Source: an uncultured Oscillospiraceae bacterium
Lineage (GTDB): Bacteria > Bacillota > Clostridia > Oscillospirales > Oscillospiraceae
Assembly (NCBI GenBank): GCA_910587285.1
Contig: CAJULM010000014.1
Span: 2,053-66,052, forward strand
Direction of reading: 5' to 3'
Length of the DNA: 64,000 nt
Shown one piece after another: positions 56,826 to 64,000 of this stretch. The position numbers were made by a program, and so were the translations under genes. The notes beneath the pieces were generated by a model. It searched no databases. It had not been told where the DNA came from and worked only from the letters and a program-made list of their open reading frames with translations. The stretch's first letter is position 1, and every line of letters begins with the position of its first letter.

Positions 56826-57613
56826 GCCGTCCCTCCTCCCCGGCCTCGGGCAGCGCCCCGGCGGTAATCCGTGGGCGTTACGCCCACCTTTTTCTTGAAG
56901 GCGCGGGTGAAGTAGTTGGCGCTCTCATAGCCCACCATGTTGGCCACCTCTGCGGTGGAGCGCAGCGGGTCGTGCAGCAGCTCCTTGGCCGCCTCCATGC
57001 GCAGCTCCGTCAGGTAGTCAAGGAAGTTCACCTGGAAGGTCCGCTTGAACAGGGCGGAAAAGTAGGAGGCGTTGAGGTTCAAAATCGCGCTCACCGAATC
57101 CAGCGAGATGTCGCACACCATGTAGTTGTGCTGCAAATACTTCTTCACCTTTCCCATCAGCACGGCGGTTTTGTCGTAATTGTCCGCGCTCTCCAGCAGC
57201 TCCGCCGAGGAGGAGGCCATCGCCTCCAACTGGCGCTGGGCCTCCGCCTGCCCCGCCGCCCGCCGGACGGCCCGCTCCACGTCGTCCGCGTCCACCGGCT
57301 TGAGGATGTAATCGCATGCCCCTAAACGCACCGCCTCATGGGCGTATGTAAACAGGCTGTAGGCGGTGACAAAGATGATCCGGCACTCCGGGCGCTGGGC
57401 CAGAATCTGCCTGGCCGCCTCAATTCCGCTCAGCCCAGGCATCTCAATGTCCAGCAGCGCCACATCCGCCGCCCACAGCGCCGCCGCATCCACCGCCAGG
57501 CGGCCATTCTCCGCCGTGCGCACCTCCGCCTCCCGGCCCAGCCGTTTCTCCACAATTTCCGTCAGAAGCTCCCGCTGATAGCCCTCGTCGTCCGCGATCA
57601 AAACCTTAATCAT
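56822..57613 (-). CDS. YesN-like response regulator (REC plus AraC HTH)
   Basis: LIADDE, LLDIEMP, YILKP; YFTRAFKK. Confidence 0.93.
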   Translation of the reverse strand: MIKVLIADDEGYQRELLTEIVEKRLGREAEVRTAENGRLAVDAAALWAADVALLDIEMPGLSGIEAARQILAQRPECRIIFVTAYSLFTYAHEAVRLGACDYILKPVDADDVERAVRRAAGQAEAQRQLEAMASSSAELLESADNYDKTAVLMGKVKKYLQHNYMVCDISLDSVSAILNLNASYFSALFKRTFQVNFLDYLTELRMEAAKELLHDPLRSTAEVANMVGYESANYFTRAFKKKVGVTPTDYRRGAARGRGGGTA

Positions 57614-59126
57614 CCCTGTCTCCCTCCTCCTCATAGGCCAAAACCCGCGGCAGGCGCAGCACCGCCGCCGTCCCCTCTCCCTGCCGCGAGCGGATGTCCA
57701 CGCCGTACTCCCTGCCCAGCAGACCCAGGCGGGCCGCCACGTTGTATACGCCGATGTGCTCCCCCGTGGTGGGCGGGTTTTTCAAGATACCCCGCAGCGT
57801 CTCCAGCGTCTCCTCGCCCATGCCCACCCCGTCGTCCGCCACAGTGATCTCCAAAATGCTTCCCGTGTCCTGTATGTCGATATCCACGCAGCCCCCCTCC
57901 TCCTTGGGGGCCAGTCCGTGCTTGAAGGCGTTCTCCACCAGGGGCTGGAGGATAAAGGAGGGCACCAGGGTGTCCGGCAGGTCCACCTGGGGGCTGACGT
58001 GCCAGCGCAGCTTAATTCTCCCCCCAAACCGCTCCCGGTACAGGGCATAAAACTCATCCACAATCCGCACCTCCCGGGCCAGGGGCACCTGGCTGTCATT
58101 GCTGGCCAGGGCATAGCGAAACAGGCGGCTGAGGGAGCCGATGAGGGCGTGGGTGCGCTCCGCCCCCTCCTGCTGGGCGGTATAGCGGATGACGTTCAGC
58201 GTGTTGAACAGAAAATGGGGATTGATCTGACTTCTCAGCTGCTGGAGCTTTTCCCGCTCCATCAGGTTTTGCAGCTCCAGCGCCTCCATCTCCTTGGCGT
58301 GCAACTCCTTCTCCACGGCGCTCTTTTCGTTGAGCAGCTCCACCTGCCGGCGCATGGAGTGCTTCATCTCATTGAAGGCGCGGGCCATGTGGCCCGTCTC
58401 GTCCTGGGAGCTCTCGTCCAGGTCGGGGACATCGAATTCCCCCCGGCTGATGGCCTGAGACGCCTGCGCCATAGCCCCCACGGCCCGCAGCAGCCGCACC
58501 AGCGACGCCACCAGCATGGACCCCACCGCTACACACACCAGCACCGCCATAGTCTGGCCCCGCTTCAGCGCCTCGTTGAGCTGGGTGAGGCGCACGTGGG
58601 CCTCCTGACTGTCCGAGCACGCCTGCTCCAGCAGCTGCTGGGTGTACTGCCGCAGATAGGCCCCGCAGGGCTCCGCGCCGCCATAGTACAGCTGGGACGC
58701 CCGGTCTGGCCGGCCGGAGCGCAGCTCGTCGGTGATGGCGTCCAGCGTGAGGGAGAGTGTGCCGTAGGTGGTGTGCGCCGCGCTGGCCAGCAGGTACTGC
58801 TCCTCGCTGACCACCCGCAAATCCGCATCGATGCGGGCCAGGTGGCCGGCAGAGCGCCGGCGGCTGCTCTGGACGGAGGCGATGAGGGCCTCCGCGTCCC
58901 CGTAATCCCAGCGGTAATTCTCCAGCGCCGTCATGCACTCCTCCACATCGTTGAGGAACTGGCTGATGGTCTGAATGCTCTCGCTGCGCTGCTCCAACGG
59001 CTCCAGCACATACTTGCTCTGATAGTAGCCAATGCCGATTTGAAGGGCGATTGCCGCCCCAAACACCGCCAGGAACAGCGCGATCCGCCCCAGCAGCGTC
59101 ATCTGCGGCCATTTGATGCGGGGCAT
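57606..59126 (-). CDS. YesM/LytS-like sensor histidine kinase
   Basis: 2 TM segments, HAMP, SQINPHFLFNTL, LQPLVENAFKHG, DDGVG. Confidence 0.93.
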   Translation of the reverse strand: MPRIKWPQMTLLGRIALFLAVFGAAIALQIGIGYYQSKYVLEPLEQRSESIQTISQFLNDVEECMTALENYRWDYGDAEALIASVQSSRRRSAGHLARIDADLRVVSEEQYLLASAAHTTYGTLSLTLDAITDELRSGRPDRASQLYYGGAEPCGAYLRQYTQQLLEQACSDSQEAHVRLTQLNEALKRGQTMAVLVCVAVGSMLVASLVRLLRAVGAMAQASQAISRGEFDVPDLDESSQDETGHMARAFNEMKHSMRRQVELLNEKSAVEKELHAKEMEALELQNLMEREKLQQLRSQINPHFLFNTLNVIRYTAQQEGAERTHALIGSLSRLFRYALASNDSQVPLAREVRIVDEFYALYRERFGGRIKLRWHVSPQVDLPDTLVPSFILQPLVENAFKHGLAPKEEGGCVDIDIQDTGSILEITVADDGVGMGEETLETLRGILKNPPTTGEHIGVYNVAARLGLLGREYGVDIRSRQGEGTAAVLRLPRVLAYEEEGDRDD

Positions 59127-59280
59127 GGGGGCACCTCCTCCAAAGCTGGTTTCTATTTTTAATGGTAGCATTTCCTTTGTCTTTTTGCAAGCATTTTGAA
59201 ATTGATTGCCGGCGCGAGATGTGCTATAGTTGATGCGGTTGAACGGACGATATTCTTCACTTTGAATGGAGGGCTGCCCT

Positions 59281-59802
59281 ATGAAGGTTGAGGTCCGGCT
59301 CAATGAGGCGGATTTTTTCCGCTTCAGCGTGTTCAACGCCTTTTCCCGCAACCAGCTCTGGCTTCGCCCGGCGGTGTTCGCCGCCATTCTGAGCGGCTGC
59401 GCCGGAGTGTGCTTTGCCCTGCATGACCGGCGGGGCGCAGTCTTGCTGGGCGCCGTGCTGCTCCTTGTGGCGCTGGGCCTGCCTGCGGCCTGGCTTCTGA
59501 GCTTTTTCCTCTCCCTGCGCCGACAGGCTCAGGAGCAAAAGCTCGCGGACAAAAGGTACGTCTATACTGTGGAGCTTCACGACAGCGAGGCCGGGATTTC
59601 CGTGGACAACGGCCGGGAGCACACCGTCTTTCTCTGGGAGCAGCTGCTTCACGCCTACCGGCGACCGGACGCCGTTTACCTCTACGTCACCCCGCAGCGG
59701 GCGTTTTTGATCCCGGACCGCTGCGTCCCAGGCGGCGCGGACGCGCTGTGGACGCTGATGGAGCGCCGCCTGCCGGCAGAACGCCGCTCAAACCATAAAT
59801 GA
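59281..59802 (+). CDS. YcxB-like membrane protein
   Basis: 2 TM segments, then W......R....YLY.....AFLIP. Confidence 0.7.
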   Translation: MKVEVRLNEADFFRFSVFNAFSRNQLWLRPAVFAAILSGCAGVCFALHDRRGAVLLGAVLLLVALGLPAAWLLSFFLSLRRQAQEQKLADKRYVYTVELHDSEAGISVDNGREHTVFLWEQLLHAYRRPDAVYLYVTPQRAFLIPDRCVPGGADALWTLMERRLPAERRSNHK

Positions 59803-59819
59803 TAAGGAGTAGACCGGAT

Positions 59820-61004
59820 ATGAACATCCAAGCATCTGAACAGCGGCGGGAAAATCAGCTGCTGTACTGCGTTCTGTTCGCCTTTTTCGTCAGCGGAGCC
59901 GCCTCCCAGCCCCTGGGCTCCTTCATCCCTTTCCTGCGGGATACCTATGGGCTGAGTTACGATTTGTCCGGGGTGCTGCTGTCCTGCCAGTCCGTGGGCA
60001 ATCTGCTCGCCGTGCTGCTGGCGGGCTTCCTCCCCCTGTGGCTGGGGCGGCGGCGGGCCGTGCTGCTCACCGCCGTGTGGATGACGGCGGCCTACCTCAT
60101 CTTTGCCGCCGGGCTGGGCAGCGCCCCCCTGCTGGCCGCCGCCTTCCTCATGACCGGCGTGGCCAGGGGCGGCAACTCCAACTTCGCCAACACCATGATC
60201 TCCACTCTCCCCGGTGACAAGGCCACCCGGGGGTATAACCTGCTCCACGGCTGCTTCGCGGTGGGGGCGCTGATCTCCCCCCTGCTGCTGGTGTTCTGCG
60301 CCGGGCGCTGGCCCACCTTCGGCTGGCGGCTGACGGCGGGGCTGCTGTGCCTGCTGTGCCTGAGCCAGCTGGTGCTGTACGCCAAAATGCCCCTTCCCCA
60401 TGAGCCCGCCCAGAAGGGCGTGCGCTCGGCCGACCGCAGCTTCTTAAAGGTAAAGCAGTTCTGGCTGGGCAGCGCCATGCTGCTGTTCTACATCTCGGCC
60501 GAATACGCCATCGTGGGCTGGCTCGTGACCTACTTCCAGGACACCGGCGTGCTGGACGCCAGCTGGTCTCAGCTGATGAACAGCCTGCTTTGGCTGGTGA
60601 TCTTCGCCGGCCGGATGGTGGGCGCGGCCATCACCGGCAAGGTGTCCCGGAACAAGCTGCTGCTCATTGACGGAGCGGGCTTCTTCGCCTGCTTCCTGGT
60701 GATGTTCTTCAGCCGCACCCCCGCCCCCATCATCCTGGGACTCATCGGGGTGGGCCTGTTCATGGCCACCATCTACCCCACCGCCTTCGCCTTCGGCAGC
60801 GACTGCATCCGCGGCAACGACCTGGGGTGCAGCATCATGATTTTCACCGGCAGCGTGGGCGGCATCATTACCCCCGCCCTGGTGGGCCAGGTGGCGGAGC
60901 GGGCGGGCATCCAGGCGGGCATGGGCGTGGTAGCCGCCCTCACCGCCCTGCTGCTGGCCAGCATCGTCCTCAGCGTGTGGAGCGTCAAGCACGCCAAGGC
61001 GTAA
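59820..61004 (+). CDS. MFS transporter
   Basis: About 12 hydrophobic segments, LGRRR, NLLHGCFAVGA, FYISAE. Confidence 0.88.
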   Translation: MNIQASEQRRENQLLYCVLFAFFVSGAASQPLGSFIPFLRDTYGLSYDLSGVLLSCQSVGNLLAVLLAGFLPLWLGRRRAVLLTAVWMTAAYLIFAAGLGSAPLLAAAFLMTGVARGGNSNFANTMISTLPGDKATRGYNLLHGCFAVGALISPLLLVFCAGRWPTFGWRLTAGLLCLLCLSQLVLYAKMPLPHEPAQKGVRSADRSFLKVKQFWLGSAMLLFYISAEYAIVGWLVTYFQDTGVLDASWSQLMNSLLWLVIFAGRMVGAAITGKVSRNKLLLIDGAGFFACFLVMFFSRTPAPIILGLIGVGLFMATIYPTAFAFGSDCIRGNDLGCSIMIFTGSVGGIITPALVGQVAERAGIQAGMGVVAALTALLLASIVLSVWSVKHAKA

Positions 61005-61019
61005 CAACAGCGCAATATA

Positions 61020-61058
61020 AAACGGCGCCCGCACAATTTCGTGGCGGGCGCCGTTTTT
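61020..61058. terminator. Bidirectional terminator
   Basis: AAACGGCGCCCGC...GCGGGCGCCGTTTT between convergent genes. Confidence 0.8.
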
Positions 61059-61081
61059 GCGTTTTGTTTTCCGGCCCTCTG

Positions 61082-61654
61082 TCAGAGCTGCGTCTGCCGG
61101 TCCGCCGCTTTGCGAAAGGGCACCAGTCCCGTGCGGTTCAGGGCGACCATAATGGCCGGAATGGCAATGAGCTGCAAAATGATCCCAGGGATGGCGGTGA
61201 TCACCGCGCCGGACAGGAAAATCTCCCAGGTGAAGGGAACGCTGGCCGCGCCCACCATCACCATCCGGGCCGCCGCCCACACAATCCGCCCCGCGACCAT
61301 GGCGATGACAAGGCACCGGTACAGGGAAATGACGCACTGCCAGCGGGAGCGGGCATACAGGAAGCCCACCACCGCGCCGTAGGCGGCCAGCTCAAACGCC
61401 ATGGCTACCCCCACGGGCATGGGGGGCGCGCCGAACAGGGCGTAGCGGAACAGCGGCAGGACAAAGCCCACCGCGCCGCCGTACTGCCAGCCGCAGATCA
61501 GCCCGCACAGCAGCACAGGCAGGTGCATGGGCAGCATCATATTGCCCACCTGGGGAATTTGGCCGGTGAGGAAGGGCAGCAGCAGCCCGATGGCCATAAA
61601 CATGGCGGCAAGAACCATAGTTTTGATGTGCTGTCGAAGTTTTTCATAGAGCAT
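61082..61654 (-). CDS. ECF transporter S component
   Basis: LLLPFLTGQIP, MLPMHLPVLLCGLICG, MAFELAAYG, PGIILQL. Confidence 0.88.
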   Translation of the reverse strand: MLYEKLRQHIKTMVLAAMFMAIGLLLPFLTGQIPQVGNMMLPMHLPVLLCGLICGWQYGGAVGFVLPLFRYALFGAPPMPVGVAMAFELAAYGAVVGFLYARSRWQCVISLYRCLVIAMVAGRIVWAAARMVMVGAASVPFTWEIFLSGAVITAIPGIILQLIAIPAIMVALNRTGLVPFRKAADRQTQL

Positions 61655-61785
61655 GAGCAAGACTTCCTTTCTCATTCGGCACGGCGCGGCAGGGGGGATC
61701 CCCTCACCGCAAGCTTTTCCCTGCGAGGATTCTTTAGTATAACACATCCCGCCCGCAAATGCTACTATTTTGTTTTCGGGACAAC

Positions 61786-61820
61786 AAAAAGCGGAAACGG
61801 GTTCCCCCGTTTCCGCTTTT
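61786..61820 (-). terminator. Terminator after the GH112 gene
   Basis: AAAAGCGGAAACGG...CCGTTTCCGCTTTT. Confidence 0.8.
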
Positions 61821-61833
61821 ATCTTGCGGTTGG

Positions 61834-63999
61834 TCAGATCTCGTACCAGCGGATCTCGTTGGCCGCCAGCTCCAGCGGGAAGCTGGACCCATCCCCCTTG
61901 TAGACGGTGGTGGACTGGGGCTCATAGGTGTTATTCACCGCGCAGTACTTGCCGTTGGCGGGGAAGGCGTGCACCTCCACGTTCAGGTTGGAGGAGAACC
62001 AGCGGTTCAGGCTTTCCTCGTCATGGGCCGCCCACAGAACAGCCCGGTGAAGCACGCGGCTATTCTCAAAGGAGTAGGGCAAGCCGGACAGGTAGACAGT
62101 GCGGCCCTGGCCATACTCGTTTACCGCCATCTGCACCTCTTTGTCGTGCTGAATCAGCACCTTTGCGCCCTCCAGCGCATAGATATTCTTTTTGCCCTCG
62201 CCAAAATCCATGGGCTCGGCGCAGTCAGCCAGGATGAAGTGGTCTGGGTGCTCCTCCCAGTTATACTTGTCGTAGTTCAGGGTATAACCGGTCTCTTTCT
62301 CCACTCCCATGGCTCCGGCCAGCTGGAGATAGCGGCCCTGATACTGGTGGCCCGCAGGCTCACCCACGCCGATCAGGCCGCCGCCCCGATGGATAAAGCC
62401 CTTCACTGCGGCAGACACGTCCGCGTCCTCCCAGACGGCCCCGCCGGTGTGGGCGGTGTCGCCGTCGCCCACGTTGATGAGCACGTCGATGCCGTCCAGC
62501 ACATGGGGGTCGGCCTTCACCTCGTCGAAGCTGAGGAACTTCACCTCAAAGGGCGCGCCGGACAGGGCCTCGATCACCCCGGCATAGGAATAGTTCTGCT
62601 TCTGATACAGGGCATGGTGGACCATGTGGCAGCCCCAGGACCTGGCCTTGCCCCAGCTGTTGAGCACGCCCACAGTCTTGGCGCAGTAGGGCGTGGTGCC
62701 CTTGATGTTCTCATACAGCTCCCGGAACTCATCGCACACGCTCTCCACATACTCAATAAATTCAGGGAACTGACAGGCCAGCTTCAGATAGCCGCCATAG
62801 CCGATGCGGTCGATGGGCTTGCGCAGAATGGCCCGCCGGGCCGTGACCCAGTTCTCCTTGGCCTCCCCCACCGGGTCGCCGCCCTCGTGGAAGGTGTCCG
62901 GGAAGAAGTAGGGCAGGAACCGGCCCTCGGTGTACTTCACGCCGGGGATGTCCGAGATGAGCCGCAGGGTGGAGCCGTTGCCCACACTGCCCACCACCGC
63001 GTCCAGCCCGATGGTCTTAAACTCATCCAGATAGGGCTCGGTGCCGATGAAGTGGTCGCCCAGGAACATCATGGCCTCCTTGCCCAGCTCGTGGGTGATG
63101 TCCACCATCTCTTTCGCCAGGGCGGCCACCTCCCGGCGCTGGAAGGCCATGAAGTCCTTGAACTCCTTGGACGGCACCCGGTACTGGTTGTTATAGTAGC
63201 CCTGGTCGATGATGAACTCGGGGCGGAACTTGTAGCCCGCCTCCTTCTCAAACTGCTCCAGGATGTAGGGGGAGACAGAGGCGGAATAGCCATACCAGTC
63301 CACGTATTTCTCCCGCTTCAGCTCATCGAACATGAGGGTGAACTGGTGGAAGAAGGTGGTGTAACGGATCACGTCCACATAGGGGTGGTCGGCGATGAAC
63401 TTGCGCAGCCGCTCCATGGTGAACTTGTGGGTTTTGGGCTGGCGCACGTCAAAGGTGATCTGGTGCTCAAAGTTGGTCCAGCCGTTGGTGACGGCGTTGT
63501 ACATATGCACCGGGTCCCAGATGAGGTAGGCCAAAAAGCTCACCGTGTACTCGTGGTAAGCCTCCGGAGCGGGGATGACCACGCACCCCGTCCCCTGGTC
63601 GTAGCTCCACGCCTCCGGGGGGATGGGCAGGCCGGTGGTGCGGTCCACCACCTCCCACCAGCGTTTCATGTCGTCCCGGGTGTTCACCTCCATCAGCTCG
63701 GGGCTGACCCCCTGCATCAGCGGGATGGACAGGGCTCCGTCTGCGGCCGTGTGAAAGCCGGTCATCACATAGCACTGCTGCACCTCGTCCGGGTTGGCCT
63801 TGGCCCAGGCGTTGTCCTTCCGGGTGGTGTAATAGGTGGAATACACCTTGGCATCCACCCCCCGCAGCTCTGCGGGGTATTCCGCGCCGTCGCAGTCCCG
63901 GATGGCGTCTGCGCCCCAGCGCTTGAGAATTTCCAGCGTCTCGGGCACCACGTCCACATCGGTGGGGATAGTAACGCGGCCTTTGCGATTGTTTTCCAT
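61834..63999 (-). CDS. gnpA: GH112 1,3-beta-galactosyl-N-acetylhexosamine (GNB/LNB) phosphorylase
   Basis: GRVTIPTD, WGADAIRDCDG, WDPVHMYN, MFLGDH, RFLPYFFPD, DRIGYGGY. Confidence 0.93.
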   Translation of the reverse strand: MENNRKGRVTIPTDVDVVPETLEILKRWGADAIRDCDGAEYPAELRGVDAKVYSTYYTTRKDNAWAKANPDEVQQCYVMTGFHTAADGALSIPLMQGVSPELMEVNTRDDMKRWWEVVDRTTGLPIPPEAWSYDQGTGCVVIPAPEAYHEYTVSFLAYLIWDPVHMYNAVTNGWTNFEHQITFDVRQPKTHKFTMERLRKFIADHPYVDVIRYTTFFHQFTLMFDELKREKYVDWYGYSASVSPYILEQFEKEAGYKFRPEFIIDQGYYNNQYRVPSKEFKDFMAFQRREVAALAKEMVDITHELGKEAMMFLGDHFIGTEPYLDEFKTIGLDAVVGSVGNGSTLRLISDIPGVKYTEGRFLPYFFPDTFHEGGDPVGEAKENWVTARRAILRKPIDRIGYGGYLKLACQFPEFIEYVESVCDEFRELYENIKGTTPYCAKTVGVLNSWGKARSWGCHMVHHALYQKQNYSYAGVIEALSGAPFEVKFLSFDEVKADPHVLDGIDVLINVGDGDTAHTGGAVWEDADVSAAVKGFIHRGGGLIGVGEPAGHQYQGRYLQLAGAMGVEKETGYTLNYDKYNWEEHPDHFILADCAEPMDFGEGKKNIYALEGAKVLIQHDKEVQMAVNEYGQGRTVYLSGLPYSFENSRVLHRAVLWAAHDEESLNRWFSSNLNVEVHAFPANGKYCAVNNTYEPQSTTVYKGDGSSFPLELAANEIRWYEI

Positions 64000-64000
64000 A

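Noticed and set aside
1..64000. CRISPR array, tRNA or rRNA genes
   Set aside because: No regularly spaced repeats, cas genes, tRNA cloverleafs (other than the tmRNA ends) or rRNA-like sequence seen by eye.

Overview
High-GC Clostridia-type chromosome segment; gene content and style suggest an Oscillospiraceae-like gut butyrate producer (inference). The main find is a 14,082-bp integrated element (1150-15233) that splits a P-loop ATPase gene (PRK06851-like) exactly at the Pro-His boundary of its DGTAP|HVVEP motif. The element has serine-integrase att sites around a CA dinucleotide and a large serine recombinase whose only plausible full-length start is a non-canonical ATC. It also carries a 37-aa micro-ORF behind a near-consensus mother-cell sigmaE promoter (candidate directionality factor), while the interrupted host gene has a consensus sigmaK promoter. 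Together this looks like a skin-like, sporulation-excised element in a target other than sigK. Its cargo is an intact Wadjet (JetABCD) anti-plasmid system, a CCA-adding-type enzyme and several decayed genes. The rest of the window holds a partial [FeFe]-hydrogenase, crt-hbd-bcd-etfBA with a Rex box, the rimP-nusA-infB-rbfA-truB-ribF cluster, murI, smpB, a cyclophilin and tmRNA. It also holds a sigma54-controlled 4-hydroxybutyrate operon led by a polytopic membrane hydrolase, a ROK/GH3/amidohydrolase-pair/sugar-ABC locus, a uronate TRAP plus two-component locus with a UxuB-KdgF fusion, and a GH112 phosphorylase. All calls are by eye; no database searches were run.
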